A stretch of 64,000 nt of DNA, from positions 47,492,001 to 47,556,000 of the forward strand of contig NC_088859.1 in NCBI RefSeq assembly GCF_963853765.1, given 5' to 3'. The stretch's first letter is position 1. Each line of letters begins with the position of its first letter. Position numbers and translations under genes: made by a program. The stretch comes from Magallana gigas (lineage: Eukaryota). The notes below the pieces were generated by a model. That model was not told where the DNA came from. It did not search any database and worked only from the letters and a program-made list of their open reading frames with translations. Positions 12,701 through 26,546 of the stretch are shown piece by piece.

Positions 12701-15700
12701 ACAATAAGCGCAATGAGTTTTCTAGCCCTAATGCTAATTACAACCAGAGAAACAGTACCTCACATCATCAAGATGTGACCAAATCAGTGACTCAATGTGT
12801 AGGAATGTCCCCTGACGTTATATGTCTGGGTTCTTCCCCCAGTCTTTACCACCAGGCGGATCTGAAGTCTCCAGCCACCCACATCTACTCCCTAGAGTCC
12901 TCTCAAGGTCAGGCTGGCACCCCTGAAGGTCAGACAGTTCCTGAGAAGACTGGCTCATGGAACAGCTCCACTTTGAGCTCCCCTACAGGTCAAGTAGTGC
13001 CAGAGGTACCCACCAACAGTACAGGGGAGTCTGTGTTACACAGCCTGGAGAGGAAGTTTAATCCCCCCGTAATAAATCCTACCTCTTCGCCAAACCTACT
13101 ACTCGGAACCAAGGTTTGTAAATCTTTTCAAAGTTGAAAGTTGTTTATGTATGAAATGCAAACCCTTTGGTTTTAGCACTGTGTATATATGATGTTTTTT
13201 TCTTCAGCGGAGTCTATGGGATGATCTACAGTTTGCTTCACTGTCTGAGGTAGAGAGTAACCCCACCCCTGTCAGAAAGATTGTGATACCCACAATGTTT
13301 TCATCACCACTACAGTACAAGCAGATCCTTGTGTCTGCCCTCAGAGGTTTGTATTGGTATATGCCATAGTTTTATAATCTATTTATCAGTCTATTGACTG
13401 ATCTATTTATACATGTATGTATATTAATGGCTGGTGAGAAACATGTCTTCATTTTTGAATTGCTGGTGAGAAGCAGATTAAGATTTCTTTGTTGTTTTAC
13501 AGAGCATCTCAACATAATTCTGTTTACTCTGTCAAAGCAGTACCACCAGGCCATGTCAAAAACAGACACCTCAAGTCTTACATTTTCAGGTAATTTTTTC
13601 TTTGTGACAGATGAAATACAATTACATGTTACTGAGTGTACAGCTCTAATATCCTGTGCTGACTGCAGATACAAATAATTGTTGACACGATTGATGATAT
13701 GAAGATTTCAGTCATAGAATTTGTGTTCTTTGTAATAAGATTTTATTCAAGCATATAGAAAATAAAATTAATTATTAAATTTAGTTCCTTGTAGTAATTA
13801 ACTTAAATCTAAATATTGCTGATTTTACATAATAGTTAAGAACACAGGAGGCATTCAGAGTGAGAGTGCAGGCACCCCTCTACCCCCTTGTCTGTGTGGG
13901 GTCCCCTCTAAACTGGTCCAGGTCAGGAAGGAGGGCTCCAATAAGGGGCGGTTCTTCTACTCCTGCACTTGTCCAGCCAACCAGAGGTGTAAGGTAGGTA
14001 GAGTTAGTCACAAAAAAGTTTATAAACTCCGTATAAATCAAAGAATGTGTCATGCATCAGCTTATTCTATACATGACATTTTATTTCATATTAAGGGTGA
14101 TTTATATTGCATACTGTTTTATACCTTTAAGGTCACTACTTCTAGAAATGTGGAATAATAAATAGAACATTTTGCGTGTTGTGAAACAAGTGAAATAGAA
14201 TTATACAACCATGCAAGAAATTTTATTTTACATTACCTTAAAGTTTACTATGCCAAAATTTCATTTGTCATTGGTTACAATTATATCAGCTTTACAATAT
14301 ATTATTTCAAAAGAGACTTTTTCGTCAAGTTTTTCCAGTATCGGATATAGGTAATCACATTTAAATTGAATCAAAATCACTTGATTGTTGTGCATTGGTA
14401 TAACCCTGGATTTTACTGTATTTTTAATTCAGTTTTTCCAGTGGGCTGATGTTAGCAGTAGTGTTGGAATACACCATGGTGGGTCAAGGATCAGACTGAC
14501 TGACCCCGCGGGAGTGACCGCCCACCTCAGGCAGCACCGCGTCATGTTTTACTGTCAAAGCCAGTTCCTGCAGAAGTCATTGGAGAATATACTCGGCCAC
14601 TTCAAAAATGTAAGTTCAACATGTCATGGAATAATCTCCCTCAGAAGTCAATAGAAAGTATACTGGTTCATTTAAAAAATTATATCTTCTTCAGCCATGG
14701 GCAAGGCAGAAATATCAGAGGGAATGTAAAATGCAGAGAAAATACTTCCTTCGATTGTCCAGGAAGGATTCCTCAACTTTATTCTCCAAAGGTCAGAATC
14801 AATATTCAATAGGAAAAATTTTGAAAAATATTTTAAAATATATTTTGTATATATATAAATATATATACATACAGGTATATTGAACAAGTCATCTATACCG
14901 TTACATAGATTTCAAGGTTTACCATGTAATTATGATAAGAGCTTAAGTTTGGCCATTAATGCCAAAATTAGAACCCGACCAAAATAATCAATTAGCATAC
15001 CTTGAGATGATATGCATCGAGTAACCAACAATTATGTAGGGACACTACCAGCTATTACTTGCAGATGATTTGTGGATTGTATCAACAGACCTCAGTTTCG
15101 ATTTGACATCTACATTTTTGGCTAAAAGTACATACTATGGACCAACCTCAGGAAATGAAGTGGAAATTGAACCAATTTCTAAATTCTCCCCATCCAACTG
15201 GAACAATGAAGGTTTTTCTAATAAGTACTAAATAATATATGTAATACATTGTATAGTGAAATGAAAAAATAAAAAAAAAAAATCCTGAATTGTAATAAAA
15301 ATGAAACCAAACAATTTAATGTTCTATTGATATATTTTTTTAATGATATCCATTAATAATTACCAATTACATGTATTTCTTGTTTCTCCAAGGAAGAAGG
15401 TTTTTTAGGAAACATTTTCAAACTGTTCTGTAATGTTGGGGGTTGTTTTGTTTTAGCTCCTTGTCATGCTATACTGGCAGGGAATGTCAGTTCTGAACTG
15501 AGTTACCTTGACAATATACAGGACAACCTACAGCCCTCTAGTGTCCCAATACTAAGCCAATTACTGAGTGTGTAAGTACTAATGTTAGCTACCAGTAATT
15601 ACTGTGTAAGTACTCATGTTGTTCACCCAGTTACTGAGTGTGTACTAATGAGTTAGTTGTGTCATTAGGTGTGTACTTTTTCAGTGACATTTAGTGCTAT

Positions 15701-17257
15701 ACCAGTATTTATTATTGATTTTTCTAGAGAGGAAGCTGATGCTTTGAAAGGAAAGAGAGGATTTTTACCTCCCAGACTGTCTGGACCAAAGCGCTCCAAC
15801 ATACATGTCCCAATTCATGCAATGGTTAGAAACCAAACATATTCAAAACATCCTCTAATACTGGTATATGCAACAGTATTGTACGTAAATGGAGGAGGTG
15901 AAAAACTTTTTCAAACTAATAGCCATTTTTAGGTCGCCAACGTCACTGTTCGTGGGTCAGAAACTTTTGAACATTTCTACTTCTTCTCTGGAACCACTGA
16001 ACCAATTTCAACTAAATTTTTCATATAGTATATATGGGTTAAGATGGTCTCGGGGTCATTAGTTCTTGTGTTAGGATGAGCTCTACTGATTATATAGTGA
16101 AAATTCATTTTAATTATTCAAAAATCTTCTCCTCGGCCCCTTGATATTAAGCAGATGAACTAAGTACATAGTAATGATGAGAAAAAATGCTTCTTCCAAA
16201 ATTGTAGATTTCATGGCCCCTAGGTCAGGGGTTCTAGTGTTAGGGTAGGACTCTTAAAGAATGCAGTAATTCTTTGAACAATTTTCTCCTCTGCTCCTAG
16301 GTATTAATCCAATGAACTTAGTACATAGTGATGATAAGGAAGAGGTCCTCTTCCAAAACTGTAAATTTCATAGCCCCTAGGTCAAGGGTTCTGGTGTTAG
16401 GGCAGGGCTCTAATGGTTAAATAGGGTAGGGTGCTGTAATATCGACCAAATATTTGCCAAAGATGCACTGCAGATACTCATGGGCCTTTTGTTTTTTCAA
16501 AATAGAAAATTCAAAATAGAGTAAATTACAGAAATGTTCAGACCAAAGCAGAAAGATGATACATGAAGCTTGTATTTAACATTGCTCTGTATGTTCAATT
16601 TTATAAGCTGTTTTAGTAAATAAGTTCATGACTCAAGTGCATGACCATTAATTCTATTACAGGATAAGTTGGTTAAAGAGTTCATGGGGATGTATTCTCT
16701 GAATGTGGATCAGGGTACAGCATTGAGGAGACTAGCAGCCATGTTCTGTGATGGGACTCACAGTGATCTGTCATCCATTCTCCTGATACATGGTAAGCAC
16801 TCTCATTGCCAGGTCAACTTCTGGAGTTTACATGGAAATGTGGAACATATTGTTATGTTCAAAGCAATCAGTTGAAACCATTTGAAATGTTTCTTTTTAG
16901 TTTCTAGGTAGAATGTTTGGTGTTTGGTACATGTTCAATGCTTCTTCGAAGATTAGGGGTGTAAAAAAATATCTTTGTATGGATAACCCTGCATATGTAA
17001 CAATGTTCTTTAGAAAGTCAGGAAGGGATGTGGGAGATACTAGTAATGTGATGTCTGTACTCTCACGACATCTTGTTACACTACAGGCGTGTTTGGTGCT
17101 GGCAAGAGCTTTCTGCTGTCTGTGATGATCCAGTTCCTAGTGAGAGTGTTTGAAGTGAATGGAAGCTACACCCCAGGGCTGCCCTACCCCTGGAAGATTC
17201 TCATTTCATCCACCACAAATGTTGCCGTGGACAGAGTCCTCATGGGGTAAGTTCTGT

Positions 17258-17293
<36 letters not shown>

Positions 17294-20200
17294 GTTGAAA
17301 ATGGTTACACATGTATTATAAATTACCACTTTACCACTACTTCTGTTGTAGATTGCAGGATATTGGATTTGAAGATTTTGTCAGAGTTGGAAGCATGAAA
17401 AAAATTGCAAAACCAGTATTACCATACAGGTTAGTACTATATAAAATGTGTTACTTTTCCTAGTAATTTTCACAAGCAAGTGATGTTTATTATGTATTAA
17501 TGTACAATGTATTTCATATACTAAATTTATAGTGTGCATGCTACTGGGACAGAGAGCCAGGAGCTGAAAGACTTGCAGGAAATGCTGAGAAGTGGAGACC
17601 TCAGTCAGTCGGAAAAACAGTGAGCAATTATCTCTCTCTTTTTTTTTTCTTCAGGGAAGCCACCAAAACATGGAGGTTTTAATTGCAGAAAATTGAAAAA
17701 TATACCAGATTTCTTATTTCCTACCTATATATTGTAAACCAAATCTTTATCCAAAACCCAGTAACAACCTTAACTAATCACCATGAACTAATTAAAGCTC
17801 AATCCAAAATGTTATACTACCTAGATTTGTTATTATACACTACATCTAACTGGAAATGTACTAGTAGGCAACCTTAACTAAAGTCATTATATACACTGTA
17901 CATGCACCCAAGCTCATTCCAATAAGCTGCACTTAAACTTGATACATGTATCTCCATGTTATGACACCAAATGATATATCAGTGGATATGCACATAAAAT
18001 TGTCAGGTATTTGTATTAAACATGGTTACTGTTGTTAATACATGTATCAGCAAAGCAAAGCAGGGGTTGTTTCTGTTGATTTATATTAATTTGGATAAAG
18101 AACATCTTGTCAAAAAGTGGTCATATCAAAAACTGAATAAGATAAAATGCTTATCACTACTTATATACCGGTATACCTTTTATTCTTTTTTCAGCAATGT
18201 GCGACAAAGTATAGAGAAACATAAATTGGGAGAAAATAAAAAGGTTTGTAAGAAGTCTTGATACATTTCTTCATTTTATAACACCACTCTCCTTAATGGT
18301 TTTTCAGTTCAACCAATCTTTGATTAGGTTTTTTTTTACAGTGAAGCTTTGATATCTGGAACATCAGCATATCAAGTACCATGAATATGTTGAAATATCA
18401 GTAATTTTTTTATGTATTTTAACTTCAGATTCTATATCTTGAGTCTATGAATGTTTTGAAGTTTCTTCTTTGTTCCATTGAGTTTGAGATAACATGATAT
18501 ACACAATACTGAGTCTTTACTACACTTGTCTAAAAAAGGTGTTTGTGCTGTTTGATATCTTGAAATATTGTTATTTCAGAAGCTTGGCAGTGTGCCGGTG
18601 GTCGGGGTGACCTGTGCTTCCTGTGGGGCCCCTAGTCTCAAAGACCTCAAGTTTCCTGTGAGTATAGCATCCAGCCACGTAGATATTTTTACATAGAGAT
18701 AATACATACCATTTTCCACATTATACCCTGTATCAGCCCGAGACACCAATATCAGCCAGAGGGCTCATATTGGTAATTTTGTCTTTTTTTCCATAATTCT
18801 GAAGGAGAAAAATCAGAGGAGTTCCGCAAGGGTGCTGTATGGATCTGTACGTATCAGCCCTGCAGAATTCGTATCAGCCGTGGAGGCTGATACGAGCATT
18901 ATAAAGTTAGCTGTATCACATATGCAGAAACCCTGTATTTATTACTAGATATGTAATAAATGTAAATATTGAACACTCATGTACAAGGTAGAGGTATAAT
19001 TCAGAAATGTCACTTTTGTTAGGTGGTTATATTGGATGAATGCAGTCAGATGACAGAGCCAGCATCACTATTACCTGTGTCAAAGTTTGCCTGTGAAAAA
19101 CTGGTGCTAGTAGGCGATCCTAAGGTAAGTTAAACATAAGCTCTTTTACAAGTAGCTAAATTAAAATAGTGCTTGCATGATTACAGTTAAAAAAAAACAT
19201 AAGAATAAATATTTCATATATATCATTATACACTCCACAGCAATTAGATCCGACGATCCAAGGATCAGAGGCGTGTCACACAGAGGGACTGGAGCAAACC
19301 ATGTTTGACAGACTGATCAAAATGGTATGGGCACCAACAGGGCAATCATAATTATACATATATCTGGTAGAACTGTTGAATCATTAAATACACTAGGGCC
19401 TGTGTTTTCATGGAGACATAATTTCATTGGTTACTCTTAAGGCGAGGAAAATGATTCTGGAATGTATAAATGTTATAACATTGAATTACTTTCATAAAGT
19501 TTTAGAATTTTCAAATTTTACAATACATGTATTTAACCAAAAAAATAGCTTTTAAAAAATATTTGGAGAGGTAAAAATTGTAGCAGGATTTGAACTCATG
19601 ACTTACAGATTTGTAGTATACCGTCTAACCCACTGTGCTCGCTGTAAGGTGACAATATTGGGAAAGAAACTACTTATATGATTACACTTCGTTTTCTTGT
19701 TTATTTTGATAAATAATATGTCACAATATGGAAGTGTCCCATACAACCTGAAGTCCACAACAATGAGGATTCCACAGCATGTGATTAAAGACACCCCTGT
19801 TATCCTTGACCTTTTCAAATTGTTCAAGTCTGACGTCTGACAGCATTATGATAAAAGGATAAAAACAAGAAGATTTACCATTGTCCATACATGTACCTAA
19901 CCACCAGAAGTACTAAATATTACATGGACATGAATTTAACTTTGCAAGAAAATATTGATATCTGTTACATGTAGTTGAGTATAATGTTAACTGTTGAGAT
20001 GTTCTTGTCTCCAGGGTCACATCCCCACCATGCTGAGAACACAGTACCGCTGCCACCCCGTCATCAGTGACCTTGCCAACAGTTTATTTTACCAAGGCCA
20101 GCTACTGGATGGGATTCAAGGAGCCGACAGGGAACCTGTGCTGGTAAAAACTCATCACATTCCTGTATACCTACATGCAGATAAAACACCACAATTCTAT

Positions 20201-23200
20201 ACCTTTGTTGCTGCAGACAACACTTTACAACACTGTATCTTTTGTTGCTTTAGACTGTGTACCAGCACAAGTTTATCCTGAATTTTGTTTGGTTTATTAT
20301 TTTTCAGGATATTCTGCCAACCCTTTGTTTTTATGATGTATCTAATGGACAAGAAAGTAGTGATTCTAGTGGCAGTTTCTCTAATGAGAAAGAGGCAGAC
20401 TTTGTATCATTTCTGATAGAAGTCTTACTCAATGCAGGGGTGGATGCAGCTTCTATAGGAGTAATAACCCTCTATAAATCACAGATGTACAGCATTCTTG
20501 TCAAACTGGGCACAAGCAGGTAACTAGCCTCATTCATTTATTCTATCTATTACTGACAGTTAGGTTTCAAGTTCTGCTACTGTGAAAGTTTCTTGTAGTA
20601 TTCAGCCAACACAACTGTTAAATCCTTATTCAAATTATGAAGGCCCAGAAGGCTGGTGCTCATCGCGAGCTAAGCCCCCTGGATAAAACAGCAGTCCATT
20701 AACTCCCAGCATATGCTGATTCCCAATTTCAGCTGGTTGCACTGACACAATGTAGGTAGAGTACCTTGTCTAAGGGTACAACACACATCAAGAAACTACA
20801 GCGGGGCTTGAACCAGTGTCCTTTGGGTTTCTGGCCTAACACCAATGACCACTGAGCCATGTGCTCCACACATTTTCACATAAATAACTAACACATGTAT
20901 TATACATCTCTTTCCAACAGAAATTGCAGTCAGAAGGACACAAAGTCAGTACTAGTGTCTACAGTGGACGCCTTCCAGGGAGGAGAGAGGGACATCATTA
21001 TACTGTCTTGTGTACGGACAAATAACACAGGCTTCATAGACAACCACAAGTAAGCAAAGTGTTTAATGATTGGGATCATCAAAGATGTACATGAAAACCC
21101 AGGGTGCATGTACCATACATGTATGTTGTAATCCACCACACATGACAAGCCTCACAATCATATACTATGTAATGTTTGCAAGGCCAACTACTGTTACATG
21201 TGCATGTTTACCCAGAAAGCACACATCTAAGTACACTAGAAGTTAAACTATACCCCCCTAATAATTTGATTTTGCATGTTACTACCGGTATTGGATAGCA
21301 TTGTATCAATTTGATTGGCTATGTTTGCCTTCGCTACAACAACAACAATAGGTAATTTATTACATGTACAATCATACAATTAATTAATTGTTATTTACAA
21401 AACTTACAACAACAAAATGAAGTTTGAAAGTAAATCAATGCAAAACTTTATCAAATTTACATAAGCTAACGGTATGTAACATGTCCTTTCTTATTTGCAT
21501 TTCATTCATCTGATTATTAACTATTTATGTGCTCTTCTCTGTATTAACCAGGCGAACTAATGTTGCATTGACCAGAGCCAGGCACCACTTGTTTATTGTT
21601 GGGAATATGCGCAATCTAGAGAAAAACCAGCTGTGGGGGAAAGTCATTGCTATGTGTAAAGGTTAGTCAATGTTGTGCAGGAGATAGTCTGTAATTGTGA
21701 GTTATTGAAACACTGCTGGAATGACATGTACCTGGTATCTACCAATGAAAATTAAGTGTTACATTGTATATTAAAAACTGGTAATTCAAATACATAGTAC
21801 TTGTACTTGAGAACTTGATGTAAAACATTGTGCAGAAATCTATATTCCCCTTTAATTGAATAAATAAACAAGTTGAGATCAAATTAGGGAAGAAAAAAAA
21901 TGGTTGTATCAGTGCATCAGCGACTCGAACTTCTTTACCTTTATATAAAAGGTCTCCGTGGAGCCTCTAAGCCAAGGAGTTTGTTGATTACCTGGGCATA
22001 ATATAAACACTACAAGACTTATTAAATTTGTCTATATAAAAGGCAGAATTATGGTACAAATAAAAAAATTCTGGATATAAATTAAGAGTTATTGAACATT
22101 GCTTGGGAGTGAGGATCAGAGATCGTTAAATGACAATTCTAAGAGATTAATTAATCCTTCTAATATACATACCAAAAGTCACTATCATATACCAAAGAAT
22201 TATCATTTGTGACATGATTTGAGTATTTAAGATAGTCATTCTGTTGAAAGAAGTCTGATAATATTAATTCTGTGATGTGACTGATTCTTGTAGCTCGCAC
22301 TGATGGTGTTCAGAGCTCAGAGGCAGCACAGCACACACTGTGTTCTCTCAATGACCTAGTCTCTCAGGAATCTGCCTTCAGTCCAAGAAGTAGGTCACCC
22401 AAGGCAGGGAAAAAGGGGAAACGAAAACGACAGGAGGAGGAGGGGGATAGCCCTCCGATGTCATTGTCTGGACAGTCAGGTACAATGAAGGGCAGCCACA
22501 AAACTAGCTTAGGAAAGGACTATGTGCGGTATTAGGCATTTCTTGCCCCAAAATTAAAATTATATAATAAGCTTTAAAATTAAGGTTAAAGATAGTTAAG
22601 TCATACTGAAAGTATATGTGGAAAAGGTTATCACAACAGTGGCGCCATAATGTACATTGTAGACATAGGCGTCGGAAGCAAATTGAAAGTGGGGGGGCTA
22701 GACCTATCCTCAGAAATATTGAGAAAAAAGTAATTCCCAAATTCATGAAATTCCTAATCCGGGGGGGGGGGGGGGGGGGGGGGGCTAGTATGCTTCTAAA
22801 TCTAACCTCTCAATTTAGGAACAATAATCAATATCATGCTATGTTTCTAATGGTTAGGAATAACTTTGCAAAAAAAGTGGGGGGGGCTAAGCCCCCCCGG
22901 TTCCGACGCCTATGGTAGAAATGACATTATGAAGATCGTCTTTCGACCTTGTTGTCAGCGGGCAAATTTAAGACTGGGCAAATACCAATGTTCCAAGTTA
23001 TCTATTTAGTACACAATCATGTCTGGGCAAATGTAAGATGGGGCGAAATCATTTGCAAGTGCAGAAGGGCGAAAATATCATGGGGCAAAAATAACCCTGT
23101 ATACAGTAGTCCTTTAAAGACGGAAATGAGAGTGAATTTTTTTTTATTTTTAGTTGAACATGAAATGATTCGATCTAAACAATGAATGCGTAAATATTTC

Positions 23201-23434
23201 AGTTTCCAACCAATGTTTAGTAGTGCTCAACTTTGTAAGATACACCTTTAATTTGATTTAGGAACACCGATTGACAACAGTCCAGTCACATCAAGCTTCA
23301 AAGAGACGACCCCTGTAAAACAGTCAAAGAGGCGGCGTGAATTCCCTCAGATAGATGTCACACAGCTCGATAGCGACAAAGAAAATGCAAAAGAAGACAG
23401 CGAGGATGAAGAGCTACCAGCGTTTAACCTTTGA
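3762..23434 (+). CDS. ZGRF1: ZGRF1 (DUF2439 + GRF zinc finger + UPF1/SEN1-like SF1B helicase), about 2368 aa, 30 coding exons
   Basis: Exons: 3762-3782, 4093-4173, 6221-6454, 7144-9745, 10033-10115, 10443-10488, 11705-11766, 11860-13113, 13208-13346, 13503-13589, 13836-13993, 14433-14609, 14695-14791, 15065-15211, 15457-15571, 15728-15824, 16663-16792, 17087-17246, 17352-17429, 17533-17619, 18195-18243, 18580-18657, 19023-19124, 19241-19324, 20015-20143, 20308-20519, 20921-21049, 21552-21661, 22294-22479, 23262-23434. They sum to 7107 nt with consistent phases. Motifs: VLYTNQKTKKAKTWHDG (DUF2439); CLCG...GRFFYSC...C (GRF zinc finger); Walker A GVFGAGKS; DECSQ; VGDPKQL; QYRCHP; STVDAFQG; NVALTRAR. 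The small exons at 10033-11766 are the least certain. Confidence 0.93.
4370..4815. repeat. Degenerate minisatellite (27-36 bp units) built on CATGATCATG
   Basis: 35-bp units such as GGAAATAAGGTATGCATGATCACGATTGCTACATT at about 4445-4550, then 27-bp units TGTTAGAACAATGAGGGTGATCATGAT. The array resumes after the MITE at 5029-5070. Confidence 0.8.
4816..5028. mobile_element. Tc1/mariner-type MITE inserted into the minisatellite
   Basis: TIRs TACAGTATACAGGG / CCCTGTATACAGTA with TA ends. Internal TTCGCCC / GGGCGAA motifs. A related truncated copy lies at about 22940-23108. Confidence 0.75.
5319..5441 (-). other. Candidate non-coding upstream exon of the GPCR, antisense within ZGRF1 intron 2
   Basis: On the minus strand, a pyrimidine-rich acceptor ...tgtttgttgagacttcag| at 5441 and a strong donor CCAAAAG|GTAGGT at 5319/5318. 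All three frames are closed by stops. Confidence 0.4.
8131..8390 (+). repeat. Coding 24-bp tandem repeat (8-aa units) in ZGRF1 exon 4
   Basis: EPQHNETN, ELQHSGIC, EPQHSETN, EPQHSDIN, EPHHIGMN, EPRHSGVC, EPQHSEMN, KSSHSGIC. DNA core GAACCTCAACATAGTG. Confidence 0.85.
10681..11614. mobile_element. Non-autonomous Kolobok-type DNA transposon
   Basis: TTAA on both flanks (10677-10680, 11615-11618). TIRs GGTAGTACAAAACA / TGTTTCGTACTACC match at 13 of 14 positions. Confidence 0.8.
15926..16493 (+). mobile_element. Helentron-associated non-autonomous element carrying Cg170-like satellite monomers
   Basis: T-run start. Tandem monomers with period 157 (GTACATAGT at 16164 and 16321) containing AATTGTAGATTTCATGGCCCCTAGGTCAGGGGTTCTAGTGTTAGGG, which resembles the Crassostrea ~166-bp satellite as I recall it. 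The 3' end is CATGGGCCTTTTGTTTT. Confidence 0.75.
17259..17290 (+). repeat. (CT)16 microsatellite
   Basis: Read directly; lies 12 nt into a ZGRF1 intron. Confidence 0.95.
19560..19750. mobile_element. Fragment of a Kolobok-like element containing a tRNA-like segment
   Basis: End TATGGAAGTGTCCCATACAACC matches the end at about 32960-32985. On the minus strand, 19581-19650 reads AGTGGGTTAGA...GAGTTCAAATCC (A-box and B-box like). Confidence 0.55.
20643..20869 (-). mobile_element. tRNA-derived SINE with a conserved central domain (Nin-DC/Deu-like)
   Basis: Minus strand has TGGCTCAGTGG (A box) and GGTTCAAGCCC (B box), then GTACCCTTAGACAAGGTACTCTACCTACATTG...CCAGCTGAAATTGGG...ATGGACTG...ATCCAGGGGG, typical of deep-conserved SINE cores. 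Confidence 0.7.
22664..22914. mobile_element. G-rich MITE with 14-bp TIRs
   Basis: Perfect TIRs CATAGGCGTCGGAA / TTCCGACGCCTATG, flanked by a direct repeat GTAGA. Internal G-runs, including about G24. Confidence 0.85.
22940..23108. mobile_element. 5'-truncated copy of the 4816-5028 Tc1/mariner MITE
   Basis: Shares TTGTCAGCGGG..AATTTAAGA.TGGGC and the end AAAATAACCCTGTATACAGTA. Confidence 0.7.
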
Positions 23435-26267
23435 TTCACATGGAATCAGAACTTGAACCTAGAGCATGTGATACGAATCTGTACTGCTTTATATTTTTAA
23501 CTATTCACATTACAAGAATTCTTTTTCATCAAACTTGTTAAAAACTAATGGATGGGTGTTATAGATATGAAAGCATATCTATCAAATACAGTGTGACAGA
23601 ATGGAATATTTACATGTATCATTAATTTGTGATACTCTTCTTTAATGTTAATCTTAAGTTTCAAAATATATAAAGTTTGAAAAATATTATGAGTTGGCTT
23701 TTAATTAGATTATTGCTGCATAGATGTAATGTACTATAGTGCCATACATGTCAAAACCTAAATACTGCACACAAAAATCTGCAGTAATTTGTGCCAAATT
23801 TTTAATACATGTACCTTAATATACATGTACTTGCACAGATTTTTGATTTGTCACAGATATCCATTTCGAGTAAGACCAGGACTTTTTGCAAATTTGCATT
23901 TTTTTAGAATTATGTATTTTCTTTTTTTTAAATCCAAATCATACACATGCTACAATAACACACCTTTGAAAAACTACTAGTTTGTTGTATTTGCAAATGT
24001 CAAGGAAATAGTGCCTCCTTGTTTATATTTATATACCAGTATTTCTCTTTAAAACGATTCTGTAGTTTTTAACATTTTTATTGTTTTTCATGTTAAAAAC
24101 ACGGACATGTTTAAATTGAATTCATTGTATTTCTTACAAGATATGCATGTACAAAAAATAATTAATGAATTGTTGATGTTCAAAACTAAAGATAATTAAT
24201 TCCTCATACAATTAAAAAGTGAAATACAAGTAAATCTACAATTTTTAAAGTCAGTTTGCTTGACAATACAAACATACTACAACCTGAGTCTGAATCTTTC
24301 ACAAAATGTTTACTTGAACATCCACTTCTAATTGACACATAAAAATACAAAAATCACGCGATAGCAAATTAAATATTTAAAGGGAACACATTACACTTAA
24401 TGGTACATGTAAATAAGGCATGTTTGGAATATCTTGATAGTATCTAAATTGAATCAACTTACGAAAAAAAAACCTTTAAAACTTAATGTACACGTAGCTG
24501 ACAGGATTTTGTGCAGGGACTTTTGAGTAAGCTTTTAACTTGCTAAATACTCAGGTTAAAAAATCTAGTGTCAATGATGTTTCTGCAACTTGCTCTTTTT
24601 TTATGTTTCTAAAAAAAATTATACCTCAGCTTTTTATGTTCTTAAGCTTCTGATTCAGGTATCATATTTGCAAAAATTTTAACTTTATTTTTGAAAAAAG
24701 ATAATACATGTATGAAATAATAAAATATATAAACTCTCATGTTGACACCCTAAAATGAAGAGCAATCTTCAAAGTAATGGGTTAACAAAACCAAATTAAA
24801 GGACTATACATCATAAATGGCTTGTTATATACTTATTTAACTTGACGTGATAACTTAATAACACAATACATTGTATCTTTCAATTAATTTTTATCCCTAT
24901 CAATCTGGTGCAATCAGAGCAATCAACTAAGATGTATTATTCCAAGACAGTTACTATACCCACAAAAATTTTTGCTTGTTCAAAGTTATGTTTTGATTCT
25001 CAGATAAACGAACATTTTACATTCTTACATTTTACATTTAATTAACATTCTACCAGCACGAGGGAAATATCCTACTATAAAATGGAAAAAATGCACTTTC
25101 GTGCATGAAGTATGTAACTGAATGTTTGTGTTTTAAGTGATGCAAAAGGTAAACAACTTCAACTGTACAGAATCAAATTATTAAATGAAGTTACAAATTC
25201 AAAGTGCACTTACAAAATTTTCATTCATCAATTGCAGTACCAAAATGGATACCTTGTTTTCCTCTAATATAAAATAATGTTCAAGAGATGAAGTAGTAGT
25301 TTTCCTCTTTAATATTTGCACATATATAATACATGTATGTTGTAATCTATTTTAAAATTGAAATAAAATCCAATAGGTTAAAAGTAAAGTTACAACAGTT
25401 TGATACTGTTTACATGTAATATTGACATCAATTTTCTTGAATATCCAGATGGAGCTTGAATTTATAAACTCTGAACAATTTATCCAAATAAAATTTTATA
25501 CCTGATCTACTTGCAAAGTCTGAAAGCTAAAGCAGCTAGCTTTATAAACCAATGCTTATAGGAATCTAACAAACTATCTGCATAATAATAATAATAATAA
25601 TGATTTTTTAGTTCATGTAAAAGGTGTCCTACCTAGTAATTCTTTGTAAATACCGTAAATATTGTAGGAAATCAGCATTTTGCATCTCTTGCTTATCCAC
25701 TTTTTCACAAAAAAAGTTTCATTTTTTCCATTTTCTAAGGATTCACTTACAACCTTATCTCAAGAGTCCTCTAACTATTCATCATTTCAAACATTACACT
25801 AACAACATATAAAATGCCTTCATGTACCAAAACTCTTAATGTACATCAGCAACTAAGTCTTGATGAAATCATTCAACATCTAAACTCAATATCTAAGCAC
25901 CTTAAAAAAGAACACGATCATAAATGATGTCGAATATCTCAATAAAAAAATCAATGAAAATGTCCAAAATATTTTGAAATTGTAAGCAATAAAACAAATA
26001 TCCATTAATTAACAATCTATTTTTTATAGCTTCACAATTCATGTAGCTTCACAATTCAATATACAGGATATTTTTCGCCCCATACAAGTTTTGCCCATCA
26101 GAATTGTAAAAAATTCCACTTTGTAACTTTGGTTTAAATTTGCTCAAACTTGTTTTAAAATTAAAGAGTTTTTAATTAGACTTATTTTTAATTTAACCAC
26201 TAGTCAATAAGTCTTTAGAGCAAAAAATTCAATGGGGGTAAAAATTTCCCTTTTTAAAATTAGAATT

Positions 26268-26475
26268 TTATTTCCTGAAAAGCCCAATCATATTGAATTC
26301 TCTGCACCTAAGCAGTTTACTCCTGTTTTTTAACCAACCAAATCCCAGTTTAGATGGTTGTGGCCGATCAATTCTGACACCCTGCATTCGTAGAACAATC
26401 AGGGCCGTTTCTGTAATGTCCTTACATTCACGCACCTCTAACACTCTCAGATTTCTGCTGCGTTCAGCAAGACTC
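26268..26475 (-). CDS. FBXL15: Duplicated alternative terminal exon of FBXL15
   Basis: Same phase and an identical 18-nt acceptor context (plus-strand CTATAGAATATAAAAACT at 26476 and 26731). Encodes SLAERSRNLRVLEVRECKDITETALIVLRMQGVRID..., versus ILAEYATNLKALEARECRDITENSLYKLRNRGVKID... in the proximal exon. Confidence 0.7.
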
Positions 26476-26546
26476 CTATAGAATATAAAAACTGAAGTAT
26501 TAAGCAAATGCTTTAAAAAATCAGAACTTTAAGGTGTCAGAGGGGT

